64,000 nt of DNA from Eubacteriales bacterium (GCA_045660295.1 JAZRDN010000030.1:6577-70576); one strand, 5' to 3'. Shown: positions 29,698 to 39,154, counted from the first letter of the stretch. The notes: a model not told the origin generated them from the sequence alone. A program made the numbers and translations.

Positions 29698-31302
29698 TCA
29701 ATTCTTTATGTTTTTTATAATATTTTCGTAATAAAGTCCGTATTTTCTGGCAATGTCGCGGGCGTAGCTCTTTCCGTCAGGCTTTGCGCGCGTAATCTTG
29801 AACGACCGCTTTCCTTCCTCAATCCCCGCTACCAGAGTGTCGATAGGCGCTCCGCCCTGTGGAACTGTTTGTGCGTTTATAGCGTCTATCTCCGCCGCAA
29901 GCTCGTGCAGATGAGTAGAGAAAATACATCTGCAACCGTACATACTCAAGCCGCGCAAGACCTCGCTTGCGATATAGGAAGCCTCGTAAGAGCCTGTTGA
30001 GGAAAGTGACTCGTCAAGCAAAACCAGACTGGTTGGCGTAGTCGCGCTTAAAATTTCATTAAGTCGCGCACACTCCTCACCGAGACGCCCTTTGTCAATA
30101 GTATCGTCCGCTCCGGTGGGGAAGTGAGTAAATATCGCGTCAACGGGACTCATAACCGCCTCTTTTGCAGGAACAAACAAGCCAAGCTGAAGCATTGCCT
30201 GGGCAATACCAACCGCACACGTGATAACCGATTTTCCGCCGCGGTTTGGTCCTGTGAGAACGTATATCATGGCTTTTTCGTCAAAAATCATGTCGTTTGC
30301 GACTATTTCGTCCTCGATTTTTACCGCCACACATGGGTTGTATAAATCGGTAGCCTTAAAGGCTCGCGCATCCATCGTCTCGATTTTCGGAACGCACAAG
30401 TCGCACCCCTTTTCTTGTAAAACGCGAAGCGCGTCGGTTGCTTTTACCGTAAACTCAAACTCACCAAGCAGGTCGAGTAGGAAATTTGTGTTGTCAAGCA
30501 CATAGGACTTGACTATCTTTTTCCAAGAATGCAGAGACGACTTGTAAACATCGTTGATAGCCGAGTTGAAGGCAAGCGAAAGCGCGGTCTTTTGGTTTTC
30601 GTTTTGCTTTTTACCGAAGGGAACGAGACTTGCGATGCAAGTATATTCGTCGTCCTTAAAGCTGAGTCTCAAAATCTTCTCAATAACGTCGCCCGACTTA
30701 AATGATTCGGGATTTATCGAAAGCACTCCCGCTTCCTTGGGACGAAGCTGCGCGTCAAGGTTTACCCCGATAGTGACACTCTTTATTTCGCGAACTCGCG
30801 CGGTAAGCTCCGAGAGCTTACTGTTAAGCTCTTTGTAGTAATCGCTTTGAGCCAGCTCGATAATTCTGTCGGCAAACGCAGTAAAGGCTCGGCTTTTAAG
30901 ATTGTTGCGAATAGCCGAAAAGCCCTCGCTCAACAGGTCAATACACGAAATATAAAGCTCTATCTCAGTGATGCTGGAAAGATAAGAGTCGGTGTCACCG
31001 CTGTCGGCTTCAAGCCTACGAAGCTCCATTATATCGCCGAGTATCGGAATAAGTGAACCAAGAATATCCGAAATTTGGGGATTTTCCAGCATATCGCTGA
31101 AGGTCTCCATTCGATATTCGATAACCTCGCGGTCGGTGGTAAAATATTCCGAAAGCTCACTGTTGCGAAGATCTATAAAATCAAGCATTCCAAGTTCTTC
31201 AAGCACGAACATATCGATTTTAGGCAGATTTACGCCTTTATAATGATTTTGACGCGTCTCAAAGCTTGGATATATGAGAGAAAAATTACTCAAATCCATC
31301 AT
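29698..31302 (-). CDS. MutS-family ATPase paralog (core/clamp plus ATPase domains only)
   Basis: Walker A GPNRGGKS, Walker B LVLLDESLSSTG and FSTHLHEL are present. There is no GxFxE mismatch-binding N-domain and no C-terminal Smr or nuclease extension. Confidence 0.8.
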   Translation of the reverse strand: MMDLSNFSLIYPSFETRQNHYKGVNLPKIDMFVLEELGMLDFIDLRNSELSEYFTTDREVIEYRMETFSDMLENPQISDILGSLIPILGDIMELRRLEADSGDTDSYLSSITEIELYISCIDLLSEGFSAIRNNLKSRAFTAFADRIIELAQSDYYKELNSKLSELTARVREIKSVTIGVNLDAQLRPKEAGVLSINPESFKSGDVIEKILRLSFKDDEYTCIASLVPFGKKQNENQKTALSLAFNSAINDVYKSSLHSWKKIVKSYVLDNTNFLLDLLGEFEFTVKATDALRVLQEKGCDLCVPKIETMDARAFKATDLYNPCVAVKIEDEIVANDMIFDEKAMIYVLTGPNRGGKSVITCAVGIAQAMLQLGLFVPAKEAVMSPVDAIFTHFPTGADDTIDKGRLGEECARLNEILSATTPTSLVLLDESLSSTGSYEASYIASEVLRGLSMYGCRCIFSTHLHELAAEIDAINAQTVPQGGAPIDTLVAGIEEGKRSFKITRAKPDGKSYARDIARKYGLYYENIIKNIKN

Positions 31303-31390
31303 TCGCTCTCCCTCAAAAATAATTATTCATCATATTATAGCACATTTTTGATGATTTGTAAAGTGGTAATACAAAGTTTCGGCAAGTATA

Positions 31391-31419
31391 TTGAATTTTA
31401 AGTTTGCTTGTGTTATAAT
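31391..31419 (+). promoter_or_regulatory. Sigma-A promoter (extended -10) in front of a decayed gene
   Basis: TTGAAT, 17 nt, TGTTATAAT. Confidence 0.5.
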
Positions 31420-31458
31420 TTATAAAAATAGCGCACAAAAACCGAAAGGCTTTTAGTT

Positions 31459-31598
31459 ATGAAAAAATAAAGTGGGGAATCGTCGGTCTCGGTAAAATCG
31501 CAAACAAATTTGGGAAAGCGATTAAAAACGTTGACTGCGCGGAGCTTGTGGCAACAAGAAAACAAATAAACGTAAAATATCCTTTTGACGTTGATTAA
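31459..31598 (+). pseudogene. Remnant of a Gfo/Idh/MocA oxidoreductase gene (N-terminal ~30 codons, frameshifted and truncated)
   Basis: ATG AAA AAA TAA is followed, in a shifted frame, by (I)KWGIVGLGKIANKFGKAIKNVDCAELVAT, the Rossmann N-terminus of this family. That frame then stops at 31596-31598. One extra A in the A6 run would restore the frame. Confidence 0.55.
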
Positions 31599-31612
31599 TT
31601 CAACGAAATATA

Positions 31613-31641
31613 TTGAATTATTCCAAATATTATGGTATAAT
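31613..31641 (+). promoter_or_regulatory. Sigma-A promoter (extended -10) for uxaC
   Basis: TTGAAT, 17 nt, TGGTATAAT, located about 45 nt upstream of the uxaC start. Confidence 0.5.
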
Positions 31642-31688
31642 TAATAGAATAAAATTTTATGTAATAAAACTTTATGGAGGACTGTAAA

Positions 31689-33113
31689 ATGAAAAGATTT
31701 ATGAACGAGGATTTTCTCCTCAACACCGAAACAGCGCAAGTTTTGTTCCACAACTACGCTGAAAAGCTCCCGATAATCGACTACCACTGCCACCTTTCTC
31801 CCAAGGAAATAGCAGAGGACGTTCACTACACAAACATCACCGAGGTTTGGCTTTACGGTGACCACTACAAATGGAGAGCAATGCGCTCCTGCGGTATTGA
31901 CGAAAAGTACATCACAGGCGACGCTTCCGACTTTGAAAAATTCAAGGCTTACTGCTCAGCCATGCCCAAGCTCATCGGTAATCCTCTTTACCACTGGAGC
32001 CATCTTGAGCTTCAGAGATATTTTGACTGCGATCTTATCATCAATGAGGAAAACTGTGAGGAGATCTGGAAGATCGCCGCTGAAAAGCTTGCTCAACCCG
32101 ATATGAGCGCTCAGCAGCTTATCACAAAGTCTAACGTCGTGCTTCTTTGCACAACCGACGACCCTGCCGATTCTCTTGAATACCACAAGCAGCTTGCTGA
32201 AAGCGGATTTAAGACAAAGGTGCTTCCTGCATTCCGTCCCGATAAGGGCATGAATATCGAGCGCAAGGGAATTACCGCATATCTTAAAACTCTTAGCGAG
32301 TCCACAGGTGTCGAGATCGTTGATATCGACTCTCTTGAAAAGGCTTATCTTGTATCGCTCGATCGTTTCGACGCTCTCGGATGTAAAACCGCGGACCACG
32401 GAATGGACGACGGTGTAGTATTCACAAAGCCCGACAAGTTCCACGCAAACGAGGCTCTTAAGAAGGCTATCGCCAGCGACGGTGCTGACGTTACTTGCGA
32501 CGAGGCTGTTATGTTCAAATCTCAGATGATCCGCTTCTTCGGATGCGAGTATAAGAAGCGTCAGTGGGTTATGCAGCTCCATTATGGCGTAAAGAGAAAC
32601 CCCAACTCCGAAATGTTCGCAAAGCTTGGTCCCGACTCCGGATTTGATACTATCAACGGCAATATCACCGCAGAAAAGCTTATCGCTATGCTTGACTACC
32701 TCAAGGACAACAACGGACTTCCCAGAACAGTTATTTATTCCATCAACCCCATTGAAAACGCGGCTATCGGTACAATGTGCGGCACATTCTGCGCAGGCGA
32801 CGGAAGCGGCAAGCCCACAGTAACACAGGGCTCTGCTTGGTGGTTTAACGACAACCTTGACGGAATGGTAGCTCAAATGCGCTCTTACGCAAATCTTTCG
32901 GCGCTCGGCAACTTCCTCGGTATGCTTACCGACTCCAGAAGCTTCCTTTCTTACCCCAGACACGAGTATTTCAGAAGAATACTTTGCCGTCTTGTAGGAG
33001 AGTGGGTAGAGGACGGTATGTACCCCGCTGATATCGACGCTCTCGCACAGCTTATTGCCGATATAAGCTACAACAATACCAAGGATTACTTCGGTTTTGA
33101 GCTTGTTGACTGA
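31689..33113 (+). CDS. uxaC: Glucuronate isomerase
   Basis: The ATG at 31689 follows GGAGGA. The sequence MKRFMNEDFLLNTETAQVLFHNYAEKLPIIDYHCHL is the characteristic UxaC N-terminus. Confidence 0.9.
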   Translation: MKRFMNEDFLLNTETAQVLFHNYAEKLPIIDYHCHLSPKEIAEDVHYTNITEVWLYGDHYKWRAMRSCGIDEKYITGDASDFEKFKAYCSAMPKLIGNPLYHWSHLELQRYFDCDLIINEENCEEIWKIAAEKLAQPDMSAQQLITKSNVVLLCTTDDPADSLEYHKQLAESGFKTKVLPAFRPDKGMNIERKGITAYLKTLSESTGVEIVDIDSLEKAYLVSLDRFDALGCKTADHGMDDGVVFTKPDKFHANEALKKAIASDGADVTCDEAVMFKSQMIRFFGCEYKKRQWVMQLHYGVKRNPNSEMFAKLGPDSGFDTINGNITAEKLIAMLDYLKDNNGLPRTVIYSINPIENAAIGTMCGTFCAGDGSGKPTVTQGSAWWFNDNLDGMVAQMRSYANLSALGNFLGMLTDSRSFLSYPRHEYFRRILCRLVGEWVEDGMYPADIDALAQLIADISYNNTKDYFGFELVD

Positions 33114-33127
33114 TAAGGAATAGCGGT

Positions 33128-34537
33128 ATGATAAAGTTTGTAAAGCTGATTTCTCTTATTCTTGTCGCATGCTTCGCGCTTTCTGCTTGTGGCGGTTTGG
33201 CGGGTATCGGCGACAATCCCGAAGAAACAGGACTTATATTCACTCAGTTCCGCGGCGAAATTTTGGGATATGAAGAAACAGATGACGGTCTTATTGTTCT
33301 GATAGATGACATCTTCTCTAATGATGAACGGCGTGTCATTATAAAAAACAACACCAGAGTTTATACAGAGGATGACCCGATACGAGAAGTTATTGAGGCG
33401 CGCAGAACCGGAACAGTAGTTTTTGTTCATTCGGAACATTTTATAAGCCAAGAATATCCAAATCCATATCCTGTAACCACAATATATATTTTTGGGGATG
33501 AAAATATAACGGCTAAGGAGTATACAACCCAAACGCTTAACATGCTTGAAGCAAGCGAGTTTTACCGTACCCTTGGCAGGACGTCCGTGCTCGGCACATC
33601 GCTTACATGCGATTGGACTGCCTCAGGTGTTGAATTTGTTGCCGATTGTAAAGGTGATGTTGTTGTTGGAATTACCGCGGCGAATTCCTCAACCACCTCA
33701 TTTACTTTTGTCGTTGACGGTGTTGTTACTGAAAAGCATTTTAGAGCCAATAGAACCGAAGGCACTTATGTTGTCGCAAGAGGCCTTGATGAAGGTGTTC
33801 ACAGCATTAAGATACTTGGTGAAAAAGGCTATGGAAACAATGCTACTATTGATTCAATAACTCTTACAGGTAATCTCATAAAAGCCGAGGAAAAAGATCT
33901 CTATATTGAGGTTGTGGGCAACTCAATTACCTGTGGTGCTGGTCTTGGAGCAAGCGGAGATGACGGTACGGCGGCATATGCTTACCTTGCTCTTGATGAG
34001 CTTGATGCCGATTATTCTATCTGTTCAAACGGCGGTATGGGAATCGCATATTCGGGTAGCGAAACAAACATTTTTTCAAAGGTCTACCCTTATCAGAATC
34101 TCAAGCGTGACGAAACGCCCTATGCGCCTACACGTATTCCGGACCTCGTTGTGATAAATCTTCACACTAACGATAACTGGCAGTGGTATAGCAATACGCC
34201 GGAAAACAGAAATGCTGAGAACGAGAAATACAATTACGTTACCTTCGACGCGGCGTTTGACGATATGGTAAAGACATTCACGAACCTGTACGGCAACGAC
34301 GTGCCAATGCTCTTTGTTTTCGGGTGCATGGCTAATGAGAATTATGAGAACGCTACTATTCGTTCAAAGTATCTCATTAAAAGCAAGTATATTGCTCAGG
34401 GATACAATATGAAGATTGTAAATCTTACTACAAACAGACTGGGAAACGCATCTCATCCCAATGTTGAGGGCGCAAAAATTCAGGGCGAAGAGCTTGCTGA
34501 ATTTATAAAGTCTAATTATCCCGAACTCTTTAAATAA
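33128..34537 (+). CDS. Lipoprotein with C-terminal SGNH-hydrolase (carbohydrate esterase CE2-like) domain
   Basis: Lipobox LSAC|GG is present, with SGNH blocks VVGNSITCGAG, INLHTNDNW and GNASHPN. The N-terminal beta-rich region precedes the esterase domain as in CE2 enzymes. Confidence 0.7.
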   Translation: MIKFVKLISLILVACFALSACGGLAGIGDNPEETGLIFTQFRGEILGYEETDDGLIVLIDDIFSNDERRVIIKNNTRVYTEDDPIREVIEARRTGTVVFVHSEHFISQEYPNPYPVTTIYIFGDENITAKEYTTQTLNMLEASEFYRTLGRTSVLGTSLTCDWTASGVEFVADCKGDVVVGITAANSSTTSFTFVVDGVVTEKHFRANRTEGTYVVARGLDEGVHSIKILGEKGYGNNATIDSITLTGNLIKAEEKDLYIEVVGNSITCGAGLGASGDDGTAAYAYLALDELDADYSICSNGGMGIAYSGSETNIFSKVYPYQNLKRDETPYAPTRIPDLVVINLHTNDNWQWYSNTPENRNAENEKYNYVTFDAAFDDMVKTFTNLYGNDVPMLFVFGCMANENYENATIRSKYLIKSKYIAQGYNMKIVNLTTNRLGNASHPNVEGAKIQGEELAEFIKSNYPELFK

Positions 34538-34602
34538 AATCATTACTTATTGTTGAAACGGCAACAGCTTTGCCGTTTCAACTTTATGAAAAGGAGAAAG
34601 CG

Positions 34603-35010
34603 ATGAAATTCAGGCAGAGACTTGAAAGATTTATGTATGGCAGATACGGTACCGATAATCTCGGTATGGTGTTGCTTTGGACAGCTCTGGCTTTGATGAT
34701 TATAAACTCCTTCGTCAATTCTTTAACCATTTACCTTTTAGAGTTGTTTCTTATCGGATATTCGTTTTTTCGTTTCTTTTCGAAGAATATAGGAAAAAGA
34801 TATCAGGAAAATGCAAGGTTTGAAAAATGGCTTAAAAAAGCCGTGTCTTTTGTCAAGCTTCGCAAAGCTATGTGGAAGGACAGAAAAACACATGTTTACA
34901 CCAAGTGCCCCTCGTGCAGAGTAAACATAAGGCTTCCCAGAAAAGTTGGAAAACACACGGTAAATTGTCCAAAATGTCATACATTATTTGACTTTGAATG
35001 TAAAAAATAA
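34603..35010 (+). CDS. Small membrane protein with C-terminal zinc ribbon
   Basis: The ATG at 34603 follows AGGAGA. There are two TM helices, then CPSCRVNIRLPRKVGKHTVNCPKCH. Confidence 0.55.
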   Translation: MKFRQRLERFMYGRYGTDNLGMVLLWTALALMIINSFVNSLTIYLLELFLIGYSFFRFFSKNIGKRYQENARFEKWLKKAVSFVKLRKAMWKDRKTHVYTKCPSCRVNIRLPRKVGKHTVNCPKCHTLFDFECKK

Positions 35011-35028
35011 CCCCTGATCGGAGCTTTT

Positions 35029-37173
35029 ATGATCGTAATTATAGCGGAAAAACCAAGCCTTGGACGCAACATTGCCGACGCCATCGGCGGCATGTCCAAA
35101 AGAAACGGTTATCTTGAAGGAAACGAATATATTGTAACGTGGGCTTTTGGTCACCTTTTTTCGCTTGCCGATATTGAGGATTATTCAGCAACGCCCATCA
35201 CAGATAAGCGGTGGACACTTAACAATCTTCCTTGCTTTCCCGAGGAGTTCAAATTTGAATTAAAAAAGGGAAGCGACAAAAAGGTAGATAGCGGTGTAGT
35301 CCGTCAGTTTGAGATTCTAAAATCACTCTGCAACCGTAACGATGTTGATACGATAGTGAATGCGGGAGACGCTGACCGAGAGGGTGAGATAATAGTCAGA
35401 CTCTGTGTTAGCCATGCGTTACAGTCTCAAAAGTCCTTTAAACGCTTGTGGCTGCCTGACCAAACTCCCGAAACTATACGTAAAGCTCTTTCCGAAATGA
35501 AAGATGAAAATGAATACAACGCGCTTGCCAACGAGGGCTTTGCGCGCACTTATATAGATTGGCTTTACGGGGTTAATCTTACCCGTTACGCCACACTCAA
35601 AACGGGAACGCTCCTTCGTGTAGGGCGCGTAATCGTTCCCATAGTCAAAGCAATATATGACCGCGACATGGCCATAAAAAACTTTGTTCCTGGGAAATAT
35701 TACGCTATCGTGAGCAAAGCTGAAACCAACGGTGAGGTAGTTGAACTCACAAGCAAGCAAAAATTTGAAAACAATCAATACGAGGATGCTCTTGCGTTTT
35801 GCGCCAAGTATAACGCAGTAGATGCCATCGTCAAATCTGTAAAAAAGAAAAAAGATACCCTTGCGCCCGGTAAGCTTTACTCTCTGTCGAAGCTACAAAA
35901 CGTGCTGGGTAAAAAATACAAAATGTCAATGGCAGAGAGCCTTGAAATAGTTCAAAGGCTTTACGAGCAGGGTTATCTGACCTATCCTCGAACCAACTCG
36001 GAATATCTTGCTACCGCCGAGAAGGATAAGATAAGTAAAATTATAGACAACTGTAAAAAGCTTGGATATCCCGTAGAGCTTAAGGTCAAAAAAACAATTT
36101 TTGACGATTCTAAGATAGAATCACACTCGGCGTTGACACCTACATACAAAATCCCAGACAAAAATAAATTAAGCGAAAAGGAAATGCAGGTGTATTCAAC
36201 TGTTTTCCGTCGCTTTATAGCGGTTTTCTGTGCCGAAGACTGTGTAATTGAAAAAACAGAAATAGTGGTTGCCGTTGGTGATTACGAAGATTTCCTGCTC
36301 AAAGGCACCGTTATTGTCGAGCCGGGCTGGACAAAATATGATGACAGCAGCCAAAAGGATAAGATACTTCCTAAGCTTTCAAAAGGAGATAAGGTCAATA
36401 CCGAATTTAAGCCAACCGAAAAAGAAACCACGCCGCCCAAGCACTATACCATAGAGACACTCAATAACTATTTGAAGAACCCCTTCAAGGAAGAAAAAAA
36501 CGCCGCCAAGGAAAAGGCAAAGGAGCAACAAGAGGATAACAGCTCCGAATTTGACGACGAGGAAGACTACAAGGCAATTTTCGAGGGTCTCGAGCTTGGA
36601 ACAGAGGCAACACGAACCGGTATTATTGATAACGCGCGAAAGAGCGAGTACATTCAACTGAAAAAGGACGTTTACACCATACTCCCGCAAGGAATATTCC
36701 TCATTGAAGCGCTTTCGAGGCTCAATATCATAATGGATAAGTACAAAACCTCACAAATGGGTCAGGCGCTCAAGAAAATATATCGCGGCGATATAACCAT
36801 TAAAGACGGCGTAACCCTCGCACAAAACGAAATAAGCGAGGTTTTCAATCACGAGGGGTCTACCGAAGCCACTCCGCTTGAAAAGGATATGAACACCGGA
36901 TGCTTTGGAGACATTGTCGGCAAATGTCCGATTTGCGGAAATGAAATCATGAGAGGAAAGTTTTATTACGGCTGTAAAGGATATAAAGAAGGCTGTACTT
37001 TCAAGGTCGGAATTTATATTTGCGGCCGTGCCATCTCGGTTTCTAACATGAAGCTTTTGCTTGAGCAAGGCAGAACATCAAAAATAGAAGGTTTCGTCTC
37101 CAAAAAGACAGGAAAAAGCTTTGACGGCAGACTAAAGCTCGAAAATGGCGAAGCAAAATTCGATTTCTCATAA
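35029..37173 (+). CDS. topB: DNA topoisomerase III
   Basis: Toprim motifs (IIAEKPS, DADREGE), the active-site Tyr context GYLTYPRTNS, and C-terminal Zn-finger motifs (CPICGNEI...YYGCKGYKEGC) are present. Confidence 0.9.
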   Translation: MIVIIAEKPSLGRNIADAIGGMSKRNGYLEGNEYIVTWAFGHLFSLADIEDYSATPITDKRWTLNNLPCFPEEFKFELKKGSDKKVDSGVVRQFEILKSLCNRNDVDTIVNAGDADREGEIIVRLCVSHALQSQKSFKRLWLPDQTPETIRKALSEMKDENEYNALANEGFARTYIDWLYGVNLTRYATLKTGTLLRVGRVIVPIVKAIYDRDMAIKNFVPGKYYAIVSKAETNGEVVELTSKQKFENNQYEDALAFCAKYNAVDAIVKSVKKKKDTLAPGKLYSLSKLQNVLGKKYKMSMAESLEIVQRLYEQGYLTYPRTNSEYLATAEKDKISKIIDNCKKLGYPVELKVKKTIFDDSKIESHSALTPTYKIPDKNKLSEKEMQVYSTVFRRFIAVFCAEDCVIEKTEIVVAVGDYEDFLLKGTVIVEPGWTKYDDSSQKDKILPKLSKGDKVNTEFKPTEKETTPPKHYTIETLNNYLKNPFKEEKNAAKEKAKEQQEDNSSEFDDEEDYKAIFEGLELGTEATRTGIIDNARKSEYIQLKKDVYTILPQGIFLIEALSRLNIIMDKYKTSQMGQALKKIYRGDITIKDGVTLAQNEISEVFNHEGSTEATPLEKDMNTGCFGDIVGKCPICGNEIMRGKFYYGCKGYKEGCTFKVGIYICGRAISVSNMKLLLEQGRTSKIEGFVSKKTGKSFDGRLKLENGEAKFDFS

Positions 37174-37175
37174 GA

Positions 37176-37216
37176 ACAAAAAAGCAGGTGCTTTCGCACC
37201 TGCTTGATTTTTGTTT
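37176..37216. terminator. Bidirectional rho-independent terminator
   Basis: AAGCAGGTGC-TTTC-GCACCTGCTT has an upstream A-run and a downstream T-runs, between convergent topB and the transporter gene. Confidence 0.8.
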
Positions 37217-38908
37217 TTAGCCTCTCTTTGTTTCGGGATGAAGCTTGTCTGAGAGCTTCTTCATTACGAAGAGGAACGCAACAGTAACTACAACACCGAT
37301 TGCAAGACAGATAATCGCGTTCTGAACGAAGCCTGCGATTATGTACATTACAAACGAGATAGCCGCAACGCTGATCGCATAGGGAAGCTGTGTCGAAACG
37401 TGATTGAGGTGATTGCACTGACCGCCTGCGCTGGACATAATTGTTGTATCCGAAATGGGCGAGCAATGGTCTCCGCAAACCGCGCCTGCAAGGCAAGCCG
37501 ACATACCGATAATGAGTATCTCGCTTCCCACGGGGAAGATCGCGTTAACGATGGGAATAAGGATACCGAACGTACCCCAAGATGTTCCGGTCGCGAATGC
37601 AAGTACGCAAGCAACAAGGAAGATAACGGCGGGAAGGAAGTTAGCAAGACCTGCTGCAGCACCGCTCATAAGCTCGCCAACAAAGTACTTAGCGCCAAGA
37701 ATAGTTGTAATGTTCTTAAGACCTGTAGCAAAGGTAAGGATAAGAATTGCGGGAACCATTGCTATAAAGCCCTGAGGAACGCAATCCATTGATTCCTTAA
37801 ATGTTACAACCTTGCGAATTATCATATAGATAACAATGAAGATAAGTGAGAAGAGACCTCCCCAAGGAAGACCTATGGTCGCGTCGGTGTTGCCGAATGC
37901 GCCTATGAAATCACCTGCGCAATCTGTACCGCCCCAAGCGTCAACTCCAAAGAATCCGCCGACATAAACAAGAGCGATTACGCTTACGATGATAAGGAAT
38001 ACAATGGGAAGAACAAGATCCCAAACGCGACCGCGAGTAGAAGGTTCAACCTCTGCCACCTCTGCTTTGTCGCCCTCTGTATAAAGATCACCGTTTACGA
38101 TCGCATTGTATTCGTGTGTTCTCATCTTACCGTAGTCAAACTTCATAAGAGCAAGAGCAACTACGAACACAAGTGTGAGAAGAGAATAGAAGTTATAGGG
38201 AATAGCCATAACGAAAAGCTTAAGTCCCTGACCGTCTTCAGCGTACTGAGCAACTGCCGCAGCCCAGCTGGAGATGGGAGCAATCATACAAACGGGAGCC
38301 GCCGTAGCATCGATAATGTAGGAAAGCTTTGCGCGTGATATCTTGTGCTTGTCTGTTACGGGACGCATTACAGAGCCTACTGTAAGGCAGTTGAAATAGT
38401 CGTCGATGAAAATAAGCACACCGAGAAGGAACGTAGCAAGCTGCGCGCCTACTCTTGTCTTAATGTGTGTTTTTGCCCAGTTACCAAATGCAGCTGAACC
38501 GCCAGCCTTGTTTATAAGAGCCACGATAACTCCGAGCTCTACAAGGAAGATAAAGATTCCCGCAGTGCCCGAAACTGCATCGATGAGACCTGCGCCAACG
38601 GCAGTATCAAGTGATGCGGTTACAGAGAAATTGGAGGCGAGGAGTGCGCCGGAAACGATTCCGATAAAGAGGGAGCTGTAAACCTCTTTAGTAATAAGCG
38701 CGAGTCCGATTGCGATAATGGGAGGAACGAGAGCCCACCACGTACCGACAACCTCACTTGTTCCGCCACAGGTTTCACAGTCAGCAGCACCACTGCAATC
38801 GGGGCAGGGTACGGTACCCATAGCACCACCGGTTACGGCAGCAATGACAAGCAAAACGACGATAAGCGCAACAGCGACAGCGAGTGTGATCTTGGTTGTT
38901 TTTGTCAT
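37217..38908 (-). CDS. NhaC-family Na+/H+ antiporter-type transporter, probable lysine transporter (LysW-like) given its riboswitch
   Basis: 563-aa polytopic membrane protein with NhaC-like composition. It is preceded by an L-box leader. The N-terminus carries an extra TM helix and CPDCSGAADCETCGG. Confidence 0.8.
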   Translation of the reverse strand: MTKTTKITLAVAVALIVVLLVIAAVTGGAMGTVPCPDCSGAADCETCGGTSEVVGTWWALVPPIIAIGLALITKEVYSSLFIGIVSGALLASNFSVTASLDTAVGAGLIDAVSGTAGIFIFLVELGVIVALINKAGGSAAFGNWAKTHIKTRVGAQLATFLLGVLIFIDDYFNCLTVGSVMRPVTDKHKISRAKLSYIIDATAAPVCMIAPISSWAAAVAQYAEDGQGLKLFVMAIPYNFYSLLTLVFVVALALMKFDYGKMRTHEYNAIVNGDLYTEGDKAEVAEVEPSTRGRVWDLVLPIVFLIIVSVIALVYVGGFFGVDAWGGTDCAGDFIGAFGNTDATIGLPWGGLFSLIFIVIYMIIRKVVTFKESMDCVPQGFIAMVPAILILTFATGLKNITTILGAKYFVGELMSGAAAGLANFLPAVIFLVACVLAFATGTSWGTFGILIPIVNAIFPVGSEILIIGMSACLAGAVCGDHCSPISDTTIMSSAGGQCNHLNHVSTQLPYAISVAAISFVMYIIAGFVQNAIICLAIGVVVTVAFLFVMKKLSDKLHPETKRG

Positions 38909-38940
38909 GTCTGTCTCCTTAAAAAATATTTAATAATTAT

Positions 38941-39142
38941 AAAAAGCGCTGTAAAATACAGCGCTAATCATACAAGTGTACGATTGATAGCGCTCCACAA
39001 ACGTGACAGTACATAATATGTTTTACTATGCACCAGCAAAATGCGTCGGAAAACGCATCCGCTTCGGCGACTATTCCTTTCAAAGCCCCAACCTTTCCGA
39101 GTTATAACAGAGCTTCTACTTATAATAAATCGCACCTCTATC
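38941..39142 (-). promoter_or_regulatory. Lysine riboswitch (L-box) with intrinsic-terminator expression platform
   Basis: The minus-strand leader contains GATAGAGGTGCG, AAGTAG, CGGAAAGGTTGGGGC, AGTCGCCGAAGC, TTTGCTGG, ACTGTCA and GTGGAGCGCTATC in the order of the L-box conserved blocks. The hairpin AGCGCTGTA-TTT-TACAGCGCT plus TTTTT follows at 38941-38965. Confidence 0.8.
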
Positions 39143-39154
39143 AAAATCATATAT

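Noticed and set aside
31956-32963. A 335-aa minus-strand ORF inside uxaC.
   Set aside because: It is antisense to a full-length glucuronate isomerase, has no recognisable domain, and is a shadow frame.
38986-39142. I first considered the structured leader to be a T-box.
   Set aside because: It has no T-box sequence (…GGTGGTACCGCG-like) or specifier-loop layout, whereas every conserved L-box block is present in order.
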